DNA of 64,000 nucleotides from Fistulifera solaris (taxonomy: Eukaryota), in the NCBI GenBank assembly GCA_030295235.1, contig AP026123.1, positions 1,984,001-2,048,000 of the forward strand. The letters run 5' to 3'. Under the pieces are notes generated by a model. That model saw nothing but the letters and a program-made list of their open reading frames with translations. It ran no database searches and had not been told where the DNA came from. The translations under genes were made by a program, and so were the position numbers. Positions within the stretch are counted from its first letter, which is position 1; every line of letters starts with the position of its first letter. Positions 46,373-57,288 of this stretch are shown here, in pieces.

Positions 46373-49300
46373 TCATTCAAGTGACAAATTTAACAAGAAA
46401 GAGAGGATACATGCAATCAGCGCACCGTTGTGCTTATGAGGAAAGGCACTGGACTCTACGGCTGATCCAATCGGTGCACCTTGCAAAGCATTGGGGTTAT
46501 TTGCTTCCTGCACGTCAGACGCATTGAACCGACTTGTCAACAACTTTAAAGGGTGGCTAACGCGGCCGGATACTTTCGGAATAGTCACGTGAATTCGAAC
46601 CACATTGTTGTCGAACGAAATTTCGGGGAAGACGCGTCCGGGATTGACTTGAACCTCCAAAACGTAATCGCCGGCGTCCAGATCCGTTACATCGATCCAA
46701 AAGCAATCGAGCGACCACCCGTACCTATCGAGCCAGCCCTTTTGAATACCTTGGAAACCACAATCGTACTTCTTGTCACAGGCAACATTCACTCCATCAA
46801 AATGGCGCGCCGTGTCTTCCATACAGTATGCATATTTTCCGCCATGAAGAGCAACCTTTTTCCGTCGGATTGAAAGAGTGTGTATTCAGCAAAGTTTCTG
46901 AAATGGTAGTGCTGATGGCAGGGACCGTACTCAAAGAGATCTGGGCGCTCCTTGGGTTCGGGGAAAGAAATATCAGCTTTGCCTTGATTCAGCACCGAAG
47001 ATGTGAAGCGCAACAAGCGTCGCAAACCTGGTTTTTAAACGCATCCTTCCATCAGAGAGCAACTACTTTCAGGGATCATGACGTCCTGCAGAAATGTCTC
47101 TTCGAGCATGTGCTCAACGACGATCACTAAATCACCCAGGTTTTCAAGGGAGTCGTAGCACTGACAGTCCGAAGCGCAAATCTGAGAGTTTCCACAGCCT
47201 TCACAGACCGGGTTCATGTGATCGCAAATTTCGAACTTCTCACAGCTGGACATGGGTATGGATCCTGTGATTTTGTCGGGTGCGATAGATGCGCCAAGAC
47301 AGAAGAGGCCGTCATTGCACGTTCCGCAAGAACCGCCACACCCATCCTCACCGCATTCACGATCTTTACATTGAGGCTGGCAGTTTGCGGGAAAGCAGCG
47401 ATTGTAGCTGACATGGCATTCTTCGTTCTCCGCACACGATCCGCAGCTACCACCGCAACCATCAGGTCCACAAAATTGCCATCGCACAGCGGGATGCCAT
47501 TGTTGACAAATGTCGCGCTCAAATCAAATTGGCCGCTGTCGGTAGTAGAATAGCCATCCACCATCAAAAAGTCAATGCCTTCGTCGACTTCGCCTGTGAT
47601 ACGTGAGCCCATGTCTCCTGGAGGAGTACCGTCGTCATTGCAGTTGACGATGTGATCTTCCGGGTGCTCGTCGGGAAGGCCCTTACTCTCGCAAGTGCCC
47701 TATTGAAACGAATAATGAGTGATGTTTTGCCGTGGCACATTCTTGAGACAATATACTCTTACCTTCATGAGCTGCAAGACAGTGTCGTACCCGGCAACAC
47801 GAATATCATATCTTTATCAAAATATAAATTCCAAAGATTAGCATGCATTTGAGACGTGCGTTTATCAGGAAACAGCATCCGCCTTCCTACGTACCCATAA
47901 CGCACACCAACTGCCACTTCAAAAGTAAAAACCACTTCGGGACTAGAAGTGAGCGTGTTGCAAGAAGGAGTGTCAAAATGAATCGACTGTGATGTATCAC
48001 CAAAGGACGTGATCGTCACGCGTTCAGATGCATTAATCACAGGAACTACGTCTCCGTTTCCAAGATTGAAGGGATCCGTGCAAGACCCGGAAGCAACTCC
48101 CATGACACAGCTATACATTGAACATCCCGTTCCGCTGCTGCAAGTACCACAAAAGCCGCCGCAACCGTCTTCCCCGCATTCCTTACCCCCCGCAATTCGG
48201 AACACACTCCTTTAAACACACCGGGGCGTTTTCTGGATCCCTCGCAACGTGCGAGCATCGAAACGAGCTGTGCTCACAACTGGACTCAGTGGTTTCGTCA
48301 CCATCGTCACAAATGTTTATTCCCAAAGAGCATTCGCCCACAACCGTCGCAACTTGCCACGCGGAACAGAAGTCGTTGTTTCCGCACAAAAACTCTGCCC
48401 GAACATTTTGCCTAAAAGCGAGAAAAATGAATAAGGGCCTTTATTATCGGGCAGAATTACCGTCCATTAGAGCGTCCATTAGGATTTTTCGTCTGTTCTC
48501 GTCCGGATAATAATTTTCGAGCGTTCACGTGAACAGGCCCAACGTTCACGTGAACGAATTCGTTCATTTCGTTTTTTGATGTCCATTATGACGTTTTGGC
48601 GCCCAAAGGCGAAAAAACTCCACCCCTTCGCATTTTGTCGCGGTAACAAACATTTGTTTCACACTTCTTCTTTCGCACAAATACAAGTGAAACTATTCAA
48701 ATACAAGTCTAATTCATTCCATTATGACAGATAGTAACAAAGAAAACAGCGACTGTGACAGCGTGAACACCGCAATCCTCGAAGCGATTGCGAATGGCGA
48801 TATAATCATGTCGACAAAAGGCAACGTGTCGTCTGTTACCGCGACATCTCCCGTTGAAGTCGCGCTTCCTGCTCCAGCACCCCCGCGCCTCTTGCAACAA
48901 CCATTTCCGGCGGAATGTAAAGCATCGGGTCGCCAGTTGAATTGAAAGATTTCGTTTCGTCAATGACGATATTCTCTCCAAGAAGATGTACCAGATATTG
49001 AAATGACGAGTACGTCATATGATATCTGTTCGCGAAGCCAGAATCACGACATTCGTAAAGGTGTGTATTGAATATCTTTCGGGCGATGTGACGCTTTGGG
49101 TCTCGCCTCTTTGGTTGTCGCTGACGTCGTCGACGAAGTCTCCGCACCGCCAAAACATTCATTTGGATCTGCAGTTGAACTATTTGCAACAACACTAAGT
49201 CTTCCATTGTTTCAACAGGATGAGATATCAAGAAACAAATGAATGACCTGTTCTGGGCGACGAATGATTGATGAAATGATATAACGAATGAATGCTTTCG

Positions 49301-49532
49301 ATTGCAAAAAATGATGCCATTTTTCAAGGCATTGGTAAGGGAAAAAGAAGATTTATACTTAGCATCCTTTGATGTCGTAGAGATATTGCTCTAATGAACA
49401 CGTAACCAAAATGGACGCAACACCTTTCGGTAATATTGTCCGTTCATTTGGGTGTGTCCATTTTGAAATGAACGCTCTAATGGACAGTAAAAATTTCGAT
49501 AATATGAGGCCTAAGGCAATCGTTATCTTCAT
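46373..49532 (-). CDS. Secreted, probably GPI-anchored lysyl oxidase-like protein with Cys-rich repeats and a PPC-like domain; interrupted by a transposon at codon 7
   Basis: LOX catalytic domain: LLRFTSSVLNQG, CHQHYH Cu site, GGKYAYCMEDT (LTQ Lys, after a 1-base correction at ~46858), QGIQKGWLDRY (LTQ Tyr), LDCFWIDVTD, VNP...E.SFDNN. Three CGxDGCGGxCGxC repeats. Introns at ~47894-47812 and ~47763-47700. Removing 48435-49514 restores MKITIALFIFLAFRQNVRA-EFLCG. Hydrophobic C-terminal tail. Confidence 0.85.
48724..48885 (+). pseudogene. Probable truncated N-terminus of the element's second (accessory) ORF
   Basis: ATG 48724 (MTDSNKEN...ALPAPAPP) downstream of an AT-rich leader inside the element, convergent with the transposase fragment and meeting it at ~48882. 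Identity is inferred only from the known two-ORF Harbinger layout. Confidence 0.4.
48882..49207 (-). pseudogene. Truncated N-terminus of a Harbinger (HARBI1-like) transposase
   Basis: MEDLV...RRLRRRRQR...FANRYHMTYSSFQYLVHLL...IPPEMVVARG matches the F..RM...F..L..LL...I.PE..VA pattern at the N-terminus of PIF/Harbinger transposases. Similarity ends before the DDE domain. Confidence 0.7.
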
Positions 49533-50346
49533 GGTCTTTGGATGTCAACGAGATTGAATCTCCAAGGAGTCTCAGTTAATGAAAGAAGTTGAATGAAGCA
49601 GTCAATAAAACACTCGAAGATGTGGGAGAAACTTTGAAAGAAAAACGAGAAACGAAAAAAGAAAAAAAGAGTGTGGTTAGGGAAGTAGTCTACAGTATTT
49701 TTGACTGTTCGTTGTCCTCGCCTTCCAGATGCGATTTCTTTTGTAACCTTACTTCCTTTCGGAAAGTTGAAAGTTAGTCACCTCTACTTTAATGGCTACA
49801 GTGTAAATAGACGTAAATAAAGAGCTTTGTACTTTCTCTACAACACTAGAGAAGACTGACAATTCTGAAAAGAACTTTCTTCGCTGATTTCAATATTTTT
49901 ATCCAATAGAAAAGGAGGAGGAGGTCATTGCAGGGAAAAGGTGAAGAGATGACAGATGATGTTCGCCAAGTACCTAAGTTGCTTGTTGCTCTCTCTAGTT
50001 GATCTCTAGTCCATGGTTTTTGTCTCTCATCAGACTCATCTAAACGGTTTACCGTTTAGATTTATGTCAGTCTGATCATTTTTTAAAAAAAGCTCATCCG
50101 AACGGCCATTATCTGTCAGCAACAAGCAAAAACACTCTTGCTGATGGCACATCAAAGGACCTAACAAAATTGTCGCACGTTGCAATGCATTATCAGTGAT
50201 CATCAAATTCATCCTTAGCATGCGACCCCCACCGAAGTATCTTTCGCTCTAGTATTCGTAATTCATATTTGAGTGTTTTCGTCTAAAAGAAATTCTTGCA
50301 TTCGACTTTCGACACATGTATTGCAATAAGAGCTAATAAACAATTA

Positions 50347-51579
50347 TTACTGCAGTCCCATGCCCTGCGCTATCGACGGATACGCATATTCAATCAACCA
50401 TCCCAACGTGGCTGATGGAATGATATCGGTCAAAGGAAGGATTTCCTCGAAAAACGACAGATATTTGAGGTTCGGACTGGTGGCATCGTACATCGCCATG
50501 ATCAAAATGGTTTGAATGGGTGCCCAAGCAATATCGAATCCTTCGCCCACCAGTGGTAACAAGTAGCTTGCACTTCCGCAAGCATCAATAATCAAACTAA
50601 CAATAAGCTTGCCCCAAATGTGTTCCGGTAGAATGGCCACGGCGACGTTGACTGGTGTGGGACGAGGACCCGTAACGTAAATCAGTCTCTGACCCCAGGA
50701 TGTGAATATAATCGCCTGTACGACGGGATGGAACAGTGCTTGGACTTGCGATCGTCCGCTTGACGTGCTGCAATAGAGACCCGAGGCGATTACCGCGACA
50801 CACAGCAAAACAGTCCCGACCACTACCAGCAGTGGAAGAAACATGGGCAGCCCCACCAAAAGCACGCCCAGAAGAATGGGAAGTGAAACCACCAAGAGGG
50901 ATAGAATCGGGGCAGCGGGTATCAAAAAGTACTTGGAGTCCGGCAAGGAAACCTTGGGGCATTTGGCAAGCAGTTCCTTGATATTGTCCTCAATCGCGTC
51001 GACGAGTCCAAACCAGGCATTGCTTACTTGCAATAGCGCAGCGATTTCGGTCCGGTAAGGGCCTTCCAGTACCAGCTGGAGTCGAATCGTTGGAGGTGCA
51101 GTATCGTCGTCGTCGTCGTCCTTCACGTGAGATTCACCGCTGGTCTCCGGAGCACCCGACAACGGAAGGATCAACCACGTCTTTTCGTGAATTTTGAGTT
51201 GTTTCAGCTCATATGTCGTCGTCAACGTTTGAGAAGGTTGGTTGGAGTAAACGAGTTGAATGACGGCCGTTTGTTCGTAGAGTTCGGCGAGAGGCAAGGT
51301 TATGGAAACATGATTTCCCGAGTGTTCGGATACACCCGAGCCGGCCGCAAACTTGAACGCATTGCGGTCTTTATGTCGCTGTACCGGTGGACCCGTGCAA
51401 ACGACCGTGTTACCTACGGAGATGGAAACATGCGAGGGAGGATCCCGCAAAGGAAGATCGTAGGCGGAAAGAACCGCAGCTCGCAAGCAACCTCGTGCAG
51501 CGAACGCATTTTGCGGCTCGGATCGAGTGACAGGTTGAAGTTGAGAATTTCTATTGTTGAGTGGTACCACAGCGCTCAT
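50347..51579 (-). CDS. Hypothetical multi-pass membrane protein with a C2-like N-terminal region
   Basis: Intact 410-aa ORF. Beta-rich N-terminus (GCLRAAVLSAYDLP...TWLILPL...PTIRLQL), long hydrophobic hairpin, C-terminal membrane module IIDACG...GEGFDIAWAP...EEILPLTDIIPSATLGW. Confidence 0.75.
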   Translation of the reverse strand: MSAVVPLNNRNSQLQPVTRSEPQNAFAARGCLRAAVLSAYDLPLRDPPSHVSISVGNTVVCTGPPVQRHKDRNAFKFAAGSGVSEHSGNHVSITLPLAELYEQTAVIQLVYSNQPSQTLTTTYELKQLKIHEKTWLILPLSGAPETSGESHVKDDDDDDTAPPTIRLQLVLEGPYRTEIAALLQVSNAWFGLVDAIEDNIKELLAKCPKVSLPDSKYFLIPAAPILSLLVVSLPILLGVLLVGLPMFLPLLVVVGTVLLCVAVIASGLYCSTSSGRSQVQALFHPVVQAIIFTSWGQRLIYVTGPRPTPVNVAVAILPEHIWGKLIVSLIIDACGSASYLLPLVGEGFDIAWAPIQTILIMAMYDATSPNLKYLSFFEEILPLTDIIPSATLGWLIEYAYPSIAQGMGLQ

Positions 51580-52266
51580 TGCATCGTATATTCAATGTTG
51601 TGATATTGTAGGTTGATCTTCACTCAATGAAAGATTTCAAAGTTGTTGCGTGACAAACATCACTTGTTCATCGCAACAGAACGCTCTCGAAACGACGAAG
51701 GAAAGCAAAGGCTTCGCTCCTTTCTGCATGCATTCGTCATAGAAACTGTGCCATCATCAGCAAGCTCATGATGTCACACCGAAAATCGCAACGGCGAGCA
51801 ATGCGAATGCGCGGGAAAAAATGAATGAGGCTGATCCGTGACTCAACCGGCACTGAAGTACACTTTGCAAGAGAGTAAGTCTCTGTTTTGTTTGTCCTCA
51901 TTTAAGACTTATGACTTTTGAATTTCGATTGTTTCTGAGATTGAAAGTAGACCCGTTTGATTTCTCGTAACAACTATAGCTTATAGTGTACCTTGCCACG
52001 TTGCGCTTCGCCCTATTTCGTTTATTCGGCCACCTCATACTTTTTTACGCTACAGTGTTTTGCAACGTCTCCCATCGAAAACCGGCGCATCGACAAAATT
52101 CACGACAGCCAGCCGCTGACATCTCTTCATCGCTTCCAAACAACGAGAGACCCGAGGCAGTTTGCATGTTGACATCATCCAGAGTTCGGACCGTGACAAC
52201 CAGAATTGCACTCTCATTCTAAAATACTTGTTGTTGTAATCTAATATCTTCATTCGTTGCGATACA

Positions 52267-52856
52267 ATGAGATTGCAAACTCTCCGCCGCATCAGTGCAC
52301 TGGCGACGAAGCGTGTCACCCGAATACCGATCCGCTGCGCCTCGGTCAACCTGCAAGATTACAGCAAAGCGGAACATGAGAAGCTCATGGTTCGTATGTC
52401 GATACAAAAACTTCTCGAAGTGGCCAATGATGATGAATCACCCAATGAAGAAAAGTTGTACGAATTGGAGCGTTCGCTTCTAGCGGTGCAGGTGAGTTGA
52501 TAGTGACCCAACAGCTGCAGAGTAAGAGTCGTGTCCATCGCATCGATCGTCTGACTCTTCGTGTTGCACTTCGGATCATTCGACTGCAGTCCCGACTCGA
52601 AGAAGCCCAGCTTTGTATTTGCGACTGCCAGGATGTTGCGAACATTGATTCCATTGATGAGGAGCTACGAACGGCGGATATGGCTCTGGAAGCCGTGGGT
52701 GCTGCCATGGTCGATTTTTTGGAAGCCTCGCGGGACATGGACGAAACACAACGGCTGAAAGACGTTCGAAAAGAGTATGTCACTCGATTCAAAGGCTTGC
52801 GCAATCAACTGGAAGAATTGGTACGGCAACATCGCTGCGAGGAAGTGGCACGATGA
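52267..52856 (+). CDS. Small helical hypothetical protein with a mitochondrial-type presequence, 2 exons
   Basis: Exon 1 52267-52491, GT-AG intron 52492-52589 (GTGAGT...CTGCAG, phase 0), exon 2 to 52856. Arg-rich, acid-free N-terminus. Confidence 0.65.
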
Positions 52857-52983
52857 GTGGGAGAAGTTGTTGCTGGTCGGTGGTGCGTTTCCTCCATCAC
52901 AAAACGCACGCTTGGAAATAATGTAAAGGAAATAACATAAGTGTCGGTGCTGTTGCTATAATCTTCTGTTATAAAAACATCAG

Positions 52984-54797
52984 TTACAAACTGGCGTTAG
53001 CATTGTTTTGCAGTGACCTTCTTCCAATCGAATTCCGACTTTTCATCGGGTCCGCTCCTAGAATAGAAAGCTTCGAAGTTCCTATTTCAAACGAGATGCG
53101 AGGGAAGCTTTCGGCTACCACCCCGCGAAAAAGAGCTTCCATTGGCAGGGTAATCGACCCCGATGCCAGGCACAGCGTATGGACTGATTGGAGCTTGTCG
53201 CCGTCGACAGGAGTCAAAATATAGAAAAGACCTTTCCCAACATCCACAGAGCGCACAATGCCCAAACCAACACATGCGGTGAAGTCGGATCCTCTGGATT
53301 CCTCCGATGATTTGGTACATAGACCGACAATGGAACCGTTGAACAAGTTCATTATGGATTCCATTGCCGTTTCTGGGTGGACCTTGGACCAACGTTCAAA
53401 ATCGGTCTGTTGCTCCAACGATGCAAATGTACAATGAACCATTTCGAACGGAACCATGTAGGGCAAAGAAGACGCCAACCGTTTGGCCCATTCGCAATGT
53501 GTGTCTTGTAAGAAACCTTCTTGTTTGTTCTGCCCAATACCTATTGAATCCCAAACTTCACCTGGATCTTCACCTTCCGCCGTGTCTAAAAAGTATGCCA
53601 GAAGACGAAGGTTGCGCAAAGAAGACGGCGGTAGCGACATGGATGGACCTGAAACAAGGTCGGAACAGTTTATTGGATTATTTTGTACTTGCGCCTCTGG
53701 CAATGACTCGTTGTCTGACGCTGTTGGAATATCAACCGCTTTCTCCAAAGCGCCAGAATCGAATGCAAGACAAGAGTGTAGAATGTACTCTACTTTTCCC
53801 GTCCCTAACTCAGATGGTTTCAATTTTCTCTCAATTTGGATAACATGCCAAGGGCGTAGCACGTCGTGAATCAACGTTTGTAAAATTTCCAACCCCAGAC
53901 CTTGTACCCAACCATCCAAATTGATCAAGAGAGGAATCTGATCATCCACAAGCGTATGAAAAGCCTCAAGAAGATACCGAACACAGTGAATGTACCGTTC
54001 CGGATTGGTTTGGGAGGTGATGGAGCCATAAAAACAAGCGTCCACGTATTCCGGACGTTTCTTCGTCAACAAATGCGAATACGGGTGCTTTAACAGTGGT
54101 TCCGTTCGTATGGATAACGTAAGCATCCCAGGAGGTCCCAGCTCGGGCTGCCCAACATCCGCGTCTAGCACGGCCACTTTGGGAGTTAACTCTGGGTTGG
54201 ACAATAAACGATTCAGACAGTAGCGTAGACACGTTGATTTCCCCACGCCTTTCGTTCCAGTGAACGCCACTTTATATGTTTGCTTGCTTGAATGTTCCGT
54301 CGTCAAGGGATCATCCAGAGAAGTTGATTCATACAAAAGAGTCGATTCTCGAGTCCGTCGCTGTAAAAGTTCCGCCAATCGTCCTCGATTTCCTGAACGG
54401 CCGTCTGCCAAGACAAGGGAATGACCGTGGGACGAGCTTCGGCATCGTGAGCGGATAAAATACGAACCCTGTTGGGTGTGGAGGATATTTCTAACACGGC
54501 TCCGTCCGGCATCTCTACGGTGAGAGCGCTCGCCCAAGCTGGGCAATCAAAGTCCAGGAATTTCGTTGACGATGATATTCGACTCTCGTCGTCCGTCTCA
54601 ACATGTGGCGGCAAACTGTAACCGTTGGCTATTATCGTAATGGCTTTAGGAGATAAGGAACGTATTCTCCCTCGCCCTTCGAGAGCAATAATGCATTTGC
54701 TACGAGAGTGTATGCTGTATTGACCGGCATTTTCTTGTTCGACAAACCAAGGCTGCTCGTCGTCTGGGTGGGGCCGCTTCTGCCCCGCCTTCAGCAT
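52984..54797 (-). CDS. NOL9: Polynucleotide 5'-hydroxyl kinase NOL9/GRC3 (Clp1 family); one apparent frameshift
   Basis: P-loop VAFTGTKGVGKST, VLDADVGQPELGPPG, INLDGWVQGLG, LRNLRLLAYF, CVGLGIVRSVD...FYILTP. Start MLKAGQKRPHP at 54797, joined through an indel near 54335. Confidence 0.85.
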
Positions 54798-55074
54798 TGA
54801 CGATGTATTATACTGAAACAAAGGAAAGGATATTTATCCAATTGAGCAACGAGAGATCCCTTCTTTTTACCCTCGGAAGAAATTTGTCGACAAAATAAAC
54901 GGCGCGGTGAGGCGTTATCGTCGAGTCACGAGTACCAGGTATAGAGTCCCGCGCATCGATGAACGACCAACGAAAGCATTCAACTCTAATCCAAGATGCA
55001 CTTTAAATTTAAAGCATTATTTTCTAGAAATTCGTTTAAAGCTTTAAAAAATAAGAAAGTGTCCGACCTGTACG

Positions 55075-57288
55075 TTAAAGGTTAGGATTGGGGAAATTCG
55101 ACGGGAACTCGGATGGCATTTTGGCGATATCCGAAAATTCGCATGAATCTCCTTCACCGGTTCCCACGCGGAGCTTCTTATCGTGGAAAGCGATAAGAGA
55201 TGGTCGATGTCCGACACTGACATAGGTTAATCCAGGGCGGGACAAACCATTTTGATGAGAAAGTTCACAGCGTGCTAAATTTTGAAGCAGATTGTACATC
55301 CGAGCTTCCGATGCCACATCGAGAGCGGACGTCGCTTCGTCTAAAATAACCAGTGTAGGTCGATTCACTAGAACACGACCAAAGGCCAGTCGCTGTTGCT
55401 CTCCCAAAGAAAGTCGGTTGCTCCAATCTAGTACAGCGTACAAACCTCGAACAGGATCCCCATCTCCTGCATTTCTCGCAACCTCGAGCAAGTTCACTTG
55501 TTCCAGAATATCAAGCAAATCTTTGTCTTTCAAAGACTCGACCAGTAAATGAGACTTTGGAACAATCTTGTTCTCGAATGTACTACCATTCGTTGTATTT
55601 ACGTCCACAGACGGATATAGCAACTGATCCTTGAGGCTGCCCAGAGTGCAATAGGGTCTCTGAGGCAAGAAGTATACACTGTCGTCCGGAGGACGATAAA
55701 TCGACCCATTGCCTTTTGTCCAAAGGCCGGCAATTGCCCGTAGCAGACTGCTTTTCCCCGCCCCCGAATTTCCTACAATCAGCAAGTTTTGTCCCTCTTG
55801 CAGTTCAAAGGAGAGATTGCGAATTAGCATGCGCTTCTGATCCGGTGTGCATAAATCAAGGTTGACAGCTTGCAGGACCGGCCGATTAAATGGCGTCGAA
55901 GATTTCCCACTATACTGCACGTCATTCCATGCATTTAGCGCAATAGTCCCAAACGTCGGCATAAAATCGGCAGATGCACCGTGGTTGAACGGCACAGTGG
56001 CATTTCTATCGTCATGTGTCAGCATCACCGAAAGTGACGTTTGATTTCCAAGCTTCAGAAGACCACTATCAGTCGAGGCACGTTCTGGGTCGGATGCTCG
56101 CATAGCATCATAGAAAGAAGCGAGACGGTCTATACCGGCCGAGAACGTACTCAATTGCTCGAATTGATTGATAATGATTGATAGGTCCGAGAGAATGTGA
56201 TTGAAGGCTCCAACCGATTGACTGATTACACCTAATCCAATATCACCGGCAAAGTACTTGGGAGCCACCACCGCTACGGGCACAATTTGAATAAGGTAGC
56301 GATACGCCGTGGTGAAGAATTCTAGATTACGTTCCACCTCGATCAAGGCTCGACGATTGCCCGTGACACGTTCTAGTCGATCTTCCACGGCCTGTCCTTC
56401 TAGATCTTCTCCCCCGTAAAAGGCAATCGATTCCGCATTGTCGCGAAGCCGTACTAAGGAATAACGCAAATCGGCTTCGCGCTGCAACTGTTTAAAATTC
56501 AAGTGCACCAAGGGTCGACCTAAGAAAGTGGTCACCACGGTACCAAAAGTAGCGTAAGCAATGATAGCAACAAACAATTGCGGATAGATACCCCACAAAA
56601 TCAAACTGAAAGACACCAGATCAATCAAAGAAGTAATGATCGTGATCACGAGCTGCAGTGAGTAAGACGTGAAGGATTTCACGTCTTCTGTAATGCGCTG
56701 ATCCGGGTTGTCAATGACGGAGGGATCCAGATTGTAATAAACGCGATTGCTGGTGTAAAGTTCAAAGGTTCGTGCGGTCATCCATTCCCGCCAATGAATC
56801 GCTAATCGCTGTCGTTGATATCGGTATAAGGTAATGACGGGTGCACCGACAATTAAAGCCCCCAAGTACTTTTGCAGAACTTCATAAAAGACGGGAATAT
56901 CCTTGGCGGAGAGCGCATTCCAGAAATCTTTGCCCAAATAACTAAACAAGACGGATACACCCGAATTTAACAAAGTCAAAGCGAGCAGTCCCGCAAGCAA
57001 CCACCGTCCGCGGATGGATTCTTCGTAATACGGAAAGGCCATGTCTTGAAATAACCCAAATTGCCTACCAATCACATTCCAGTCGAATTGATTTGTGGCC
57101 TCTTCATCATCGTCTTTCTGTGCTAGACGATGAAAGATACCACGAGTTCTACTATTCTTGTCATAGCGTGGAGTTACTTGTTGAGTAGGTTGTCGATGGA
57201 GAGCATGGGAAGGCGCGAATCCGCGTGCAGCACGAAATGAAACGCAGAGGCAGGTGGCGATCACGACGCGCAATAGTCGGCAGGTCAT
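55075..57288 (-). CDS. ABC transporter subfamily D half-transporter, plastid-targeted
   Basis: Signal peptide + ARG-FAP. DNPDQRI and NAESIAFYGGE (EAA) motifs, Walker A GNSGAGKSS, FLPQRPY, LSLGEQQRLAF, ILDEATSALD, SVGHR. Confidence 0.92.
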   Translation of the reverse strand: MTCRLLRVVIATCLCVSFRAARGFAPSHALHRQPTQQVTPRYDKNSRTRGIFHRLAQKDDDEEATNQFDWNVIGRQFGLFQDMAFPYYEESIRGRWLLAGLLALTLLNSGVSVLFSYLGKDFWNALSAKDIPVFYEVLQKYLGALIVGAPVITLYRYQRQRLAIHWREWMTARTFELYTSNRVYYNLDPSVIDNPDQRITEDVKSFTSYSLQLVITIITSLIDLVSFSLILWGIYPQLFVAIIAYATFGTVVTTFLGRPLVHLNFKQLQREADLRYSLVRLRDNAESIAFYGGEDLEGQAVEDRLERVTGNRRALIEVERNLEFFTTAYRYLIQIVPVAVVAPKYFAGDIGLGVISQSVGAFNHILSDLSIIINQFEQLSTFSAGIDRLASFYDAMRASDPERASTDSGLLKLGNQTSLSVMLTHDDRNATVPFNHGASADFMPTFGTIALNAWNDVQYSGKSSTPFNRPVLQAVNLDLCTPDQKRMLIRNLSFELQEGQNLLIVGNSGAGKSSLLRAIAGLWTKGNGSIYRPPDDSVYFLPQRPYCTLGSLKDQLLYPSVDVNTTNGSTFENKIVPKSHLLVESLKDKDLLDILEQVNLLEVARNAGDGDPVRGLYAVLDWSNRLSLGEQQRLAFGRVLVNRPTLVILDEATSALDVASEARMYNLLQNLARCELSHQNGLSRPGLTYVSVGHRPSLIAFHDKKLRVGTGEGDSCEFSDIAKMPSEFPSNFPNPNL

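Larger units (their letters stand above)
48435..49511. mobile_element. Non-autonomous, internally deleted PIF/Harbinger DNA transposon, 1,077 bp
   Basis: TAA target-site duplication (48432-48434 and 49512-49514). Imperfect ~46-bp TIRs: left GGGCCTTTATTATCGGGCAGAATTACCGTCCATTAGAGCGTCCATT; right, reverse-complemented, GGCCTCATATTATCGAAATTTTTACTGTCCATTAGAGCGTTCATT. Contains a transposase N-terminal fragment. Precise removal restores the host reading frame. Confidence 0.9.

Noticed and set aside
12933..49532. Idea of a copper/motility cluster linking MEMO1 with LOX and the giant protein
   Set aside because: MEMO1 is a widely conserved gene and its motility role is known from animals. Proximity in a gene-dense genome is not evidence.
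49540..50340. Short ORFs and purine-rich tracts upstream of LOX
   Set aside because: AT-rich, no homology signal. Treated as intergenic/promoter.
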